A stretch of 49,491 nucleotides of DNA, the filler included, from Streblomastix strix (lineage: Eukaryota): NCBI GenBank assembly GCA_008636045.1. It is 3 parts of 3 records of this genome, joined end to end, with 100 filler letters (N's around TTAATTAATTAA, not from the genome) between each part and the next. Parts side by side here need not be neighbours in the genome. Positions count along the whole stretch, not along the records: positions 16,540 to 32,969 come from SNRW01000815.1; positions 33,070 to 49,491 come from SNRW01000816.1; 1 more part is not named here. One strand, 5' to 3'. The notes under the pieces were generated by a model. That model was given only the letters and a program-made list of their open reading frames with translations. It ran no database searches and was not told the DNA's origin. Of this stretch, positions 24,932 through 37,812 are shown piece by piece (position 1 is the first letter of the stretch; every line of letters starts with the position of its first letter). The translations under genes were made by a program, and so were the position numbers.

Positions 24932-26120
24932 ATGGATGAATAAACTTAGATAAGGCGCATGCTCATAGCCATCTATACAACAAAAGTTAAGATATTCTTC
25001 CCGTACTAAATCAAGAAACGCCGATATAGATTACAATAGAATTAAGGGATGAGTACTACCATATGAAAAATATCAGAAGTCACTAGAATCATAAATTCAA
25101 GACAAAGAAGAGTCGAATACCAATGAGGCTAATTAAAGAGTTAAAGTGTATGCATCAACGAAGTGAAATGAACTTTAAGGACAATTAAGGTAATAATCAT
25201 ATGCTCTTCTAATGAATTTGATTGGTTAGAATAATGATATTCAATTCTAGAAAGTACGGTCAAATACACTTTCATTTGAAGAATGGAGAAAACTTAAAGA
25301 AGATGCAAATAAAATAAATGATACAAAATAGAAGGGAGTGGAAGAAGATATTAATGGCGAAAAATTTCCAGAGTTTGTTGTTCGTGATCAAAATGGATTT
25401 ATTGGGTCTGCTAATGGACTTAGAATTACAGTCCCATTTAAGTATCAATGAATATCTAATTATTTAACTGAAAATACATCTAGAGAAGACTGAGCTACTA
25501 CATATTATAAGTAATAGAAGGAAAAAGATATGCCAGCTGATGGTTTTAGACATTTCATCAAACACTACTTATCTCCATTCTTGAAAGAGCGTGGCTATTC
25601 AGTAGCTTAAATATATTCAGTAAATGGTAGTAAAATATGGAAAAGAGTTATTGCTCCATGAGTGTTGTAATATTATGTTAAATCATATTAAGCATAATCA
25701 TTTATTGGAGGCGATGCTATTTCTCTAGCAATATATAAAAAATTGAGTAAAGCAATAAAATAAATATATAGTCAACATTTCATTTATAGTTAACGTTAAT
25801 AAAGATATAACTAAATGATGTTATTGATATAAATAGGTTATACAGCGTTTTGAAATAGACAGTTAGGTGAAATTCATGACCCTTTAAATAATGATGAAGA
25901 AGTAATATTTGTATTTTCTACTAAATTAGCTATAAAAGAGGGAAAATAGAGAAGAGATGAGTATAGACTAAAGAAATAGAGATCGTATGATTAGAATATG
26001 GCAAAATTAAAAACACGAGAAGCACCTAAATTTAATAATGGCAAGACATTAGAAAATGCTAGACTGCTACCATATGACTTCTAAAATGATTTAGATGATT
26101 TCATTATTGAAAATGAGTGA
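24932..26120 (+). pseudogene. Hypothetical element protein with a DxDGDG-like (Ca-binding/VCBS-like) motif remnant
   Basis: EEDINGEKFPEFVVRDQNGFIGSANGLRIT. Divergent from the ATPase across a 62 bp gap; several TGA codons. Confidence 0.5.
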
Positions 26121-26699
26121 AAACTATTAGCATTTGTGCAAATAATCTATTGAAAGTTATGGGTTATTATTATTAGTTATTATTATTTTTAATTTCATCA
26201 AAATAAAAATAATTAGCTAGAATCTTGTACACGTAGATGAGTATGGTAAGGTGAAACTAATTGGTAATATTTTTTCTGATAATTTATATAATAACTTGAT
26301 ATCAAAATACTGTTTACTTTAAACACTTGATTAATTTGATGATTATGAAAAAAGAATTAAACATATTTGCAGTGAAGAAGAAAAGAAAAATTATATTTGT
26401 GAAATATAAACAGTTAGTAAAAAATATTACAAATTAAGTAAATAATACATAAAAGATAGATGCTAATTCTAAAAAGAACTGTGATGAGAATGACAATTTT
26501 ACTTTTTTTATTGATGTATATAGTTAACAATTAGATACAATATTCATATCAATTAGCTATAATAAATAATAGTATGTATCAATGCTCATAGTCATTTGAT
26601 GTGGACAAATTTTGTTTTTTATTCGAAAAATCTTAGCATTCAAAAGGTTTATATATTATCTATAACAGTAATCGCAAGTAGCTTAAACTCCAATATTAA

Positions 26700-27063
26700 A
26701 TTCATCCCAATTGAGTAATTCATGTGAATTGGGAAGATGACAATCCAAATGAAGATATTCTGAGATTAAAATTCGCTCCTTTTAAAGCAGTTAATGTAAT
26801 ATTGGATCCAATGGAACCTACTGATACAAAAAGATCTGCTATTAGTTCTTTCGGGTCTTAGAAATAAGCATAAAGAGCTCAAGAAGAAATGGATTGAATT
26901 GTTGAAGAAGGATATGTTCTTGAAGTCACTCTTTCACCCCAAAAAGTGGATGAACAGACTGAAAAATAAAAGAAATACAAATGAATAGAAAAAGTTCTAG
27001 ATGAAAGAATAATAAGGAACTAAGAAAATGCAGAAGATAATAAAGCTATTATTGAATTATAAT
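26700..27063 (+). pseudogene. RRM-like host gene fragment
   Basis: NEDILRLKFAPFKAVNVIL...RSAISSFGSQKQAQRAQEEMD*IVEEGYVLEVTLS. RRM-like pattern with a TGA. Confidence 0.45.
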
Positions 27064-27699
27064 GAGTTATTGTCAGATTTTATAAATCAAATATTAACAA
27101 TAAATCTTAGAATATCATAGTATATTATTTTCTATTGTTCTTATCCGCTTTGATTCTCATATTGTTGCATATCTCTAAATTTTAAATACGTTCATATTCC
27201 ACATAAAAGTAGTACAATTAAAATTCGTCAATTTTGTCCGCCATGCCATTTTGTGAGTGACCAATACATACAAAAATATAAAAATGTTTAATATATATTT
27301 GTATAATATACTAAAATAATATGGATACGTTTATATTAAATAGCTACCTCCTTCGCTTTTCAATCTTTAAATGTAATAAAGAAATCATCCAATTTAAATG
27401 AAAATTATTAATTTATTTCACTTTTTATTTGTTATTTCTTTTTCTAATTTGTTAAAATATGTTATGATGACCCAATGATAATACAAAAAAAATAAACAAA
27501 TATTCAACTTGTCAACGTTAAACAGAATGATAAAATAAAACATTTGAGAAAATGATTAAATACTGAACTTTGTGAATGAAATTGAAATAAATGAAGCAAA
27601 ATTAAAGATGTGCTTGATGACATAAAAAAGCCTATCAAACAAATATTACATCAATCTGTCAGTGCGATGGTAAAGATCAGTATCGGAATATGATGTTCA

Positions 27700-30005
27700 A
27701 ATCCTTTTAGCTCAGCGTTTCATTATATATATATAGTGTTTGCTATTATATATCTCTCCTATTCAGCTTTGGATACTTCCTTCATTTCATAATTATTAAA
27801 TTCTTCAATCATTTCATATTCATCCTATAATTCTATATTCATATTAAAACTCTCATTCTATTAGTCTTACTCTTCTTTCTCATTCTTCAATTCTTCTCCT
27901 TCGTCTAATATTAATTTCTTACTCGTCATCAATTAAAGTTGCTTCTCTCTTTATTCGTTTTCTTATTTCTTTATTGTTTATGAGAATTGTTACTTCAATA
28001 GTATCATATGTGGACTATTCTTCTTTTTGAACCTACTGAATATTTCTTTATCTTGATTATTCTCGTTAGTGTTAATGAGGTTGATATGTGCTGTATCTCA
28101 TTTATTATCTGGTGCTTTATATGAATACTATCTTTTTAATAACCTTTTGATTCTTTAAAACAGTCTTTTTAGTTTCTTTTTCTTTTTCTTTCTTTTTTGC
28201 TTTAAACTTCTTGTCTGTGAAGTCTGTCTATTTACCCGATGTATGTCGATCACACTTTCTCAACTTGTATTCACTTTGGGTTCAGCATAACTGATGACTT
28301 CGGTTCTTCTTGATGATATGATGTTTGTTTCTGAGTTTATTGTGTTTGTGTTTGTGATTGTAGCTTTATTTGTTTTTATTGTTTTATTAATAACTTTTTT
28401 GTTCAATTCGTTTATATTGGATGAATCTGATAGATTTGTATGTTTTAATTGAGAAATAGAAGAAGAAGATGAAAAACAATAGGGTGAGAATTATTAGGAG
28501 ATAATGATTATTACAATTGTTATTGTTTTTGTTCTTTACTGAGTAATAGTATTGAAGAAATTTCTTTTTCATCTAATATTTGTGAAGATTAAGTTGATTA
28601 ATATACAATTTAATATTATTCTTATTGCATTTTACATCACCCACTTCAACATCACGTACATATTTATCATAATAATAGTAATAATCTTCTTCTTTATATA
28701 CACTATCCCTATTATAATCAATTAGACAAACAAATAGTCATCAATCTTCAAGTAGATTAATTTCTGGTCCATAAGCATATTCAAAAATTAAACCCAAAGT
28801 TGGTCCGAGAATTGTTCCTAATAATTAGAATCTATAGTCACAAAATTCATAAAGATCGTTGAATTAGTTAAATAAAGAATTTATATTCATGTTTATTAAG
28901 AAGAATTCTGTGTGCATATTCGATTATGAATTCAAACGGCTGAGGGTTATAAACATTTTATGGCTCTTTTTTACTAATATCAATCAATTCATTGCACAAT
29001 TTGTATGGATTTCTTTCAATTCCAGCAAATAACGCTGGATTTCGCTTTAGTACTTCTATTACAAATAATTACAAAATAATATTTTGATTTCAATACTAAT
29101 TCATACTTCCTACCATAACTGCATTAGCTTTTGTTAAGTCAAAAATATGATCAGCTTATTCCAGAGATATAATTCCGCCATTTGCTATGAAAGGAGCAGT
29201 TATTTATTCTTTTATTGATTAGAAAATAGTTAATCATAAAAATAATAATTATTGTATATAAAAAATACCTTGTGATTTTTATTGCTTCATAATCAACATC
29301 CCCAGAATGAGATCCGTGTTAATTCCTCGTTCATCCATGCATTGTAATTACTTATGCACCAGCTTCCTGTAACATCTGCGCTATTCCAACAGTTTTATCA
29401 ATTGTTGCTTACATTCTAAATTTAGCACTTATACAAACATTTAATTCACGATTCATTGTAGAAACAGAATTAAAAAATGGATATTAGAAATGAAATAATA
29501 ATTTAAGTATATTTAGACATGTATTAATTAATTATTATTTATAACCAATTTCACGCATCATATCCCATTCGTCTTATAAATATGCACCAAAATGGCATTT
29601 CTCTGCGAATGCCTGCGGACATCCAAAATTAATATCGACTGAATCGCACAGATGTTAGACTTATTTAGCTGCTTGTGCCATTATTTATGCACTATCTTCA
29701 TAGAATTGTACAAATAATGGACTGTCATCAGAATCAGTTGTTAATATCTTCTCTCGATAATCGGAATCTTCCAAAAAAAGAGATGAAATTATCCTAATAA
29801 AATATGAAAAACCATTACAAAAATTTTGTAAAATAGCATACATAGGTGAATAACATAAATCAACTGAATATTTACGAAACAACTTATGACATGCAAGTGT
29901 TGAAGCTCTAATCATCGGAGCGGAGACATATTTCGGACTTCCTATTCGCTTCCTGAAATCCCAGCATTCTTCTTTGCCCTTCTTTTCGGATGAAGATATT
30001 TTCAA
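27700..30005 (-). pseudogene. DUS1: tRNA-dihydrouridine synthase (DUS1-like), probably pseudogenised, intron-containing, low-complexity C-terminus
   Basis: KYVSAPM, LCYSPM, DSPLFVQF, VDINFGCPQ, HFGAYLQDEW, SAKFR, HG*TR, FIANGGI, NPALF. In-frame TGA at 29331-29333. Confidence 0.8.
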
Positions 30006-31307
30006 TCTATATTTTAAAATATATTAATTTAATTAAGTTAATATTATTAAATTATTCAAATAAAAAAAGAGAATTGCTTTGATTTAAGTAATTTTATAAA
30101 AAAATATATATATAAATAAGGATGAAAATAATATCAGCATAACAAAATTGGTTAATTAAATGAAACTATAATATAAGATTATAATATTTATCAAATACTG
30201 TTAAAAATTTAGATTGTACTAAATCAAATTTACCAAAAAACCTTTTGCAAATTTTTACATTGATTAATGACAAAATTACAAAAAAGCTAAATTAAATTAA
30301 ATAATAATTACTTCTAAACACTATTTAATATAAATTATCTCAGATAATCATTATGCTCGCAAGAGGAACATAAGTTTTTCAGTAAAATATTTTCTCGAAA
30401 TCCTCATATGCAAATTCGAATACATTGTAATTTTTGATTGATTTATTATTTTAAAATCTAAATTTCAAAATTTCCTGAAATATTATGCCACCATAAAAAT
30501 ATTGCAAATTTTTTTTAGAGGATGTATAATAATATACAACAACTTCGCCTTTATTGAGTTATTACCATCAACTAGTTGAAGTGATTCTACTGGCCATTCC
30601 CCAAACAATGTTTACAATGGGGTGGCCATTTAGAAAAACGAAAAAGAAAGGTAGAAAAAATTGATAAATCTGGACTCATAACAGGAGATCCAGCAGAAAA
30701 AATAGACGAAGTGTTGTTTAAAAATGTAAAGTGGGTGAGAAGAGAGCCAGCAAGAGAAACCCCCCATTAACAAATGATGTGTAAGAGTAAAAAACAAAAT
30801 AAATGACTACATAATTAAGCATAGAAGTACTCGCATCGAACAAAAAGATTAAAGTAAAATTAAAAAACGTTAATTAAACAAAATAAAGTAAAATGTAAAA
30901 ATTAAAGCTGGTTAAAATGTTGAATAAACATGGTTAAATGTTAAATAAAATGGCCAATAAATAAAAATATCCTTGTTTCTAGTTCCAATTCTATCAGCGA
31001 ACTGCAAGAGCATATCCTTCCATGAATGAATGCTGGCATCTCATGCCCACTAGCTTATTAGATACCATTGTCAACAGTTCACTTACTTACTTGTCAGTGT
31101 TGCGTGATGGCATTTCCCGGAGATTTAAAAGTGATGTAATAATGGAAGTATATGATACATAAGTGCAGTGATTGATTAACAAACGCCATAAAGTGTTGGG
31201 AATAAAGTAAAAAACTGTATGAATGCATTTCTATAGAGTTTTAGACTGATTGGTGGGACCAAGGCGAAGTTGTTGTATATTATTATACATCCTATAATTA
31301 CCAATAG

Positions 31308-32400
31308 TCACATTTGGCAATTGAGGAGTGTATATATCATATTCAACAACTTCACCTTTATTGAGTACCTTAAAATTGGATTACATTCCACTTGGTCATG
31401 AGTATCAGATAGTTTCGTTGCTATTTCATTATCTTTTAATCTCTCTGCAAATACATAGTAATCATTTGTTGATTTCGTATTCCTTGCGTGTCCTGTATAT
31501 GTGTTTAATAACGTTTCGTCTAGACCCATTACTACCAGTTAAGTTGCTGCTGAATGTCTGAATGAATATACTTGTTTTCCTTTAATACCCTTCAAGTCTA
31601 GTAATTTCTTTAATCTGAGTGAGATTTGGCCTCTTTTGGCTGGTATAGTTATGTCTTCATTCCACCATAATGCTCCATACTTATTATCTCTGATGGATCG
31701 ACCATGTTTGTTATCAATTCTTTTCAGCCAATCAAAAAATGCAGCTCTTGGACATACAGTTCGATCTCTAATCTTTGGAAGTTTGTATGAGTGAAGTCCA
31801 GACTTCGTTTTCGGTTGTAATCGTAAGTCTACCTTGTCAGTTTGTTCGCAAATTACTGTGTGTCTTAGAGATATTCCTTCGATCTCGGCTGGTCTCATTG
31901 AACAAATAGTCATAAGGAGTGAAGTAAGTTTAGTCTATAGTTCAATATTTGTCAAATTTCGTTTCGATCCTTTTTCTCTCCAATAGTCAAACAGTATTCC
32001 CAAGTTTCATGTGTCCTCGTATTTCGGTTTACCGATTATATGTGCTGAAATTGCTTTCCTGGTAAATTGGAGCATGTGGTTATTCTTTAAATCTATGTCG
32101 AACGTGAGTGAGAGCATTGATGAGAGTCCATTAAGAAACTGAAGTGCTGAACTTGATGAAGTGTTTACTAAAGTGAATTAAGCTAGTGCCTCTGTAATAA
32201 TGATGTGTGGTTTCATTGTTAATAAATCAAGTATTGTGTAGTGGTTGATCTGGGTCCATTTCTTGAGCTTTTCCATTGCGTAATAGTATCTTCTTTGAGT
32301 ATTGTATCTTTATCAATATAAAATCATGTCTATTGCACCCTTGGATACGTTTAATTTTATCAAAATCTTTCTCGCAAATCTTCTTCCCTTCCTGGCCTTC
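31308..32400 (-). pseudogene. DIRS tyrosine recombinase
   Basis: MTICSMRPAEI (Arg), QPKTK (Lys), VCPR, YSFRHSAAT, TGH, NDYY (Tyr). Two track ORFs join through TAA=Gln; one TGA at YEDT*. Confidence 0.88.
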
Positions 32401-32969
32401 GGCCCATCAGGAAACAACATATCTTTCCTCGCGGGAGTTTCAAATTCTTCTTAATTAACGATGTTCCTGGTTCCAAAATTTCGTTGCTCCAACCAAGCAT
32501 AAGGTATTGAGCATTTTACGTTTACCAGTTCTATGTACCATATCTGGCCTGGCCATAGTGGAGCTATTATCATTGCTTCGATCAGCTCTTCTCTGATCTT
32601 CTTCAGAACTGCTGGAAGGAGAGGGATAGAGGGATGAATCCATGGTAGTTCCTTCTTCCAAGTTTGATTGAAAGCGTCGATTGCTGTTTCTCCGTGTCCT
32701 CTTGTTGTTGACATGAATCTTGGCAGTAGGTTATTGAAGTGTTGTGAAAATAAGTCTATTGTTGGATTCAAGTTCATCTGAAGACATGTCTGTCGAAAAA
32801 TCTTTTCCTTTAGTTTATAATCTCCTGCTCTTGATAGTCTACTTAGTGCGTCTGCAATTTCGTTTCAAACTCCTGGGAGGTGAGTAATGTGGATCTGAAT
32901 TCCTAGTTTTTCTAATGATTAGTGTACCTGTTTGATTTCCATTATGAGTGATGTTGATGCTCTCCATTT
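32400..32969 (-). pseudogene. DIRS RNase H C-terminus plus Dam-like N6-adenine methyltransferase domain
   Basis: PTIDLFSQHFNNLLPRF, IDAFNQTW, WIHPSIPLL (NPP-like motif), APLWPGQIWY. Confidence 0.82.
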
Positions 32970-33069
32970 NNNNNNNNNNNNNNNNNNNNNNNNNNNNNNN
33001 NNNNNNNNNNNNNTTAATTAATTAANNNNNNNNNNNNNNNNNNNNNNNNNNNNNNNNNNNNNNNNNNNN
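32970..33069. other. Artificial contig linker
   Basis: N44-TTAATTAATTAA-N44. Confidence 0.97.
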
Positions 33070-33070
33070 A

Positions 33071-35069
33071 AGACATTAAAATAATGAAAAGAAATCAGAG
33101 AAAAGAGAAAATAGAAGACCAGGAAGTGGAAAAAGAGACGATGCATATATAATGGGTGATGATGATATAAGAGGAAGAAGTGCCAATAAAGAAAGAGTAG
33201 TTAATGATCAAAGTATTTTAATATCATCTGTGAAACATAGAGCATCAAGTGCAGGATATGATGGTAGAGCAAGTCATAAACATAAGAAGCATTCTTCTCA
33301 CTTACAGAAGATATAAAGAGATGAAGAAAAGAAATGGAGGAAGGATGGAATGCATATGTAGAAGAGTTTAGAATAAATGAATGATATTGATTTAGTTGAA
33401 GTTATTAATATTGATTTTCTTGCTTGGGTTAAGAGAAGTATGAATGAGATTCGTTCTACATATGAAAAGCATATTCTTTCATTGGCTGAATATGTTTGTG
33501 ACCGCGGAGCTGAAATGGTGAGAAGATTTAAGACAAATTAATTCATTTAACAATTTCATTAATCTGGATTGAGCGAACTAATGGAGGAATTACTCCACTC
33601 TTCATTCACTGCAAAAGTTACGAAATGTCGTTTGGCTGTTGCAATATGTTCAATATTCAAGAATGATGATCCTGGTGACAATCGCACAGTTGATGTAGTT
33701 GGATTCACATTCCGTGCAACTCTTCAATCTCAATCACATCCAGCAAATAGGAGAGGTTAAGATGAAGTATTAGTTCGTCGTATGTTGACATCCATTGCTT
33801 ATGTTGCTGAGAATACAAGTATGATATTTGTTTCATTCAGGCATATTCTTTTTTTTATAAAAATAATTATTGTAAACAGATAATTAAAGAATTCTTGTTG
33901 CATATAACTTACATCATGCCGTTGTTCCATTTGTTCATAGTAACTCACCACTTGTAATGGCAGCAGCATTTCATGCACTTGCTGAGTTAAGTTATGCTAA
34001 AGACGAAGTCAGGAATATTCTTGTTAACGAATATAATATATTGACAGAATTAACAGGAATTATAACATCTACGTCATATCCTATATCACTGAGACCCCTT
34101 TGCCTTGTAGAACGTGCTCTTCTTTTATTATGGTGCATATTAGCATAGAATAAGACATATGTATCAAAAGTAATGTCAATACCTGGACTTGTAGAGAGCG
34201 TATTTCATTTATCTGGAAATAATGAGGAAGCATCAAGTAAAGAGAAACTTATATAACAAACCACAGCAGCAGCAGATGCAGCAACAATTGCAGCAATTAG
34301 TGGAGTTTGGGGAGAAGGAATTGGATTTGATGAATAAATGAGGGACATTGATGATGATGATGAATAAGATATTGATCTTCCAATCTTACATTCAGGTGAT
34401 ATATTCACTGGTTATACATCAGCTATTATAAGAGGAAAGGCTGCTACTTAACAGGATACTGCACCTCTTTCTGGAAATATCATTTTCCCTGCAGATGTTG
34501 CTGGAGTAATTGAAAATTTAGATACTGGTGCTGATAATACTAATCATTAATTAGGTCCATATTTTGCAGGGAATTTCAGCTCACATGCCATCAACACATC
34601 ATAAATCATGCATGATGGTTAAATATTTCACCCTCCTATTGATGGAGCTGTGTCATCTGTAATGGAGATACGTTATAATAGTATATGGATTATTTATAAT
34701 TTATAGAATTATGGGAATCTGGATATGAAAGAAAGATTAATAAAAGAAATGAATTACTCAAAGCGAATATGGTGTCGTGCATCTCATAGCGAAGAAGAAT
34801 TCAATGAAATTGTTGCACGTTCCATAGACTTCTTAATGAATATGCATGCATCACTACGTAATAGGAAATTGGATAGACGCAGATCAATGTAATTGAGATA
34901 ATAGATGGAAGATGAGATGGAAAGTGAAGGTGGAACTGAAGAATGCAATATATTGGAGTTCAAATAGGATAGATACTTGAATACAGATATTGTGCGTGAC
35001 ATTAATCTGGAATTCATGCGAAAAAAGCGAATTAAAATCAAAAGCGATGCAGAAGAAGAAGAAGACTGA
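33071..35069 (+). CDS. Hypothetical protein with ARM/HEAT-like helical region, 5'-partial, ~1 intron near 33820-33880
   Basis: Long table-6 open frame. AAFHALAELSYAKDEVRNILVNEYNILTELTGII, LVERALLLLWCIL. Ends EEEED-TGA. Confidence 0.75.
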
Positions 35070-35578
35070 TTATACAATAGTCCATTATTTTTAATTTTAT
35101 TTTTCCAAGTTGTATAAATATATTTTAATATTTTCTATTTATTCATTGTCTATTATCTTCAAGTCTTTTTGTTTATTTAATCACTTCAGTAATTTAGAGT
35201 TGCAATAAATTAAGAATATGGAGTTTTTTTAGATTAAAGAATATTAACTTAATTTTTAGAAATTAGAACCAATATGAAATCTTTATATACTGAACGCATA
35301 ATTATTGTATGTTTATAATATATTCTCAAACATCACAAAGCTAAATTATATACCTTGAATTTTGACTGTTAACTCTAATAGCTCTTACATACCTTATATT
35401 TTGTAATCATAATAATCGTATGGATGCATTTTTACAACATTATTCTGAATTATGCCTTAATTATGTACCACTATGCCAAAATGCATAAAATTTTTTTTAT
35501 CGATAAATTAACAAATATTTTGAGTTAAAATAATTTATATTTTATTTTTTTCGATTAATAAGTCAACATACGCTAAGA

Positions 35579-37174
35579 ATGGACATATTTAACGAGTATA
35601 AAGTGTATCTTAGGCCTTTAGCGACGATGTTTTTATCTCTGTTCAATTCGAACCTTTTCAACTCTGTTCTCCAAGTGAGCAACTAATAAGCATACGCAGC
35701 GATTTCCTTCATTCTACTTACGTTCCCTGCACTGGCACTCTTCACGATTACATAAGAGTCAATCTTGAATGTGATAATCGCTGTTTGGGGAGGATTTGCA
35801 GTCCTTATCATTGTTCTGGCTGCTACTCAAAATAAAATCAAATTTGGTGGAAACTTATTCTCTCGGATGAGTTTTGCTTATGATGAAGCGAAGTACAACC
35901 TCAATGCAGTTATATCGTACTTATCAGTTATTTCTATTTTGGCTTTCAATTATCCAGGATTTACAGTTGAGCTTTTGAACCTCGGATTCGTTGGAGTTCC
36001 TCTTGTATACTCTATATTTTATTGAATCATTATTTATTTATTATTTTATTTTGAATTCATACAGAAAAATTATTGTATTTCTTTATTTGTTGCACTATTT
36101 GGTCTTAACACATACAATGCCAAAGATGCTAAGAAGACGGGGCTTATTTCATTTATTATCAATTTTGGCTTCCTCATCTTACTTGGTATTCTCAGGATAT
36201 TTGCTGAGTAATATATTAAGCTATAAACTCCAGACAGTACTGGTAACCCTTCTAAGAATATATTCTTCTCTATTGCAATTCTTCGTGCAATAGCTTCTCT
36301 TCTTCTCCTGATCTCAGACATTGGGGGTGAACACGTTCCTTTATTCCTGGCAATTGTAGTGATCATTCTACGTATATTATTCAGAACTGAGAAATTACCT
36401 CTAAATAAGTTGGCAAAGAACTTTGCCAGTTATCTCCCAAAACAACTTCGATTCTTACCAGCTGCGATTGATTCAGCATCTGGACACACAGTTCTATTTG
36501 CATTATGTTCATATCTCCATGTTTTAAGGGATAAGGTCAAGTCACTTCTGAGTAACTTTGGAGTTCGTCTTGGATCATAGCTATCTTCAGTTACTGATGC
36601 TCTATTCTTTTTAGCTGCAGGTGGATTCGCATTACTATTCAGAGGTATTCTTGCATTCATTGCTTAATAATTAAAGATTGATTTGGGATATGAATTTGGA
36701 TATGCTGAATGGATTGGAGTATGATTCCTTAACTATTGTTAGTTAATTGAGTATCAATTCATATCATAATTATTACATATCTATTTATTATAGGTGAATT
36801 TCACATTCATTATTGATACACTTGCTCTTGTCTGCCTTGGGATCTTCTTCCTTCAATTATTAGCATCACTAAGTTCTTATATAGCTAGTGCTCCACTGCA
36901 CAAGGATTCACTCACTACTCCACTCGCTATTGGGAAATTAGGGACATTCCTTGTGGTATGCATTGCTGAACTTATTTGAGTATCAATTCACAAATTAACT
37001 TTTATTTTCTAGTCATATCTCGTTGCAGCTGTACTAATCATATCGAAGTAATATTTCACTGTGCCTGCAGGATGGGGAACACTTGGATTAACAGCTCTGT
37101 ACTTGATTATAGCTTCAATTGGAAGCTCAGGGGTGATTGAAGGAATCAGTAAGGCAAAATCAAAGCTGGAGTGA
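35579..37174 (+). CDS. Polytopic membrane protein of unknown family, ~3 introns
   Basis: ATG at 35579. Many hydrophobic helices across track ORFs 35765-36979. GT-AG introns near 36006-36064, 36719-36793 and 36956-37012. Ends KAKSKLE-TGA. Confidence 0.7.
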
Positions 37175-37812
37175 AGAGGAAGCTAATCAAATCATTCACT
37201 CATAAAATATTCTTTCGGCAAATATAGTGTTAAACAAATTTTTACTCTATTTACTTTAATTTCTTTTAACCTCCTTCATATTTGTTTCTCTAAAAATACC
37301 TTATTACCAGTTGCATTATGGACAATCGAGCCATGATTTACTGTACATTAGCAGTATGTATGAATTGATATCACCACAGTTTGATACATCTATGGATTTC
37401 TGGAAATTTTGTGAGCAATTCACTTGAGCATATAAGTGTTACTATGTTATTTTCTTAGCTATATGGGCATGTTTCATCCAATTTTATACACAAATCAAAA
37501 ATAACATTTTCCATGAACTCAAACTACTATTTTTTTTTGAAAAAAAAAAACTTGAACCCATTCGTTAGTATTATCTAATGAAAAATATAATTTCTAAATT
37601 AATATATGCTTATATTTCTAATTTATATTTTACTAATAAAAGAAAGTCAATACTGGCAGAAATAAATGACAAATAATACAAAACCAGTGTTTCTTAGACT
37701 ATTATAAAATATATATTTCTTTTTCAATTATATATTTCAATTTAATTTTTGATTTTATCATCAAATCGTATTCATTTTTATTTCATTCTCATATTTTTAA
37801 CTTTTTTAACAG

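Larger units (their letters stand above)
16540..26500 (+). mobile_element. Endogenous Polinton/Maverick-like virus segment (virion module), decaying
   Basis: About 11 tightly packed intronless ORFs, including a packaging ATPase, a capsid-like gene and a fibre-like gene. Scattered in-frame TGA and frameshifts. Right boundary is approximate. Confidence 0.75.
30580..32969 (-). mobile_element. Second DIRS-type retrotransposon (different family), 3' half
   Basis: RNase H end (HLPGV*NEIADALSRL), MTase and YR in minus-strand order. Left boundary is a guess. Confidence 0.85.

Noticed and set aside
13006..26500. DIRS recombinase as the integrase of the viral block
   Set aside because: They lie on different contigs separated by an artificial linker.
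17570..29333. TGA read-through or selenocysteine recoding
   Set aside because: In-frame TGA codons occur only in regions that also have frameshifts and dead motifs; intact host genes use TGA as stop.
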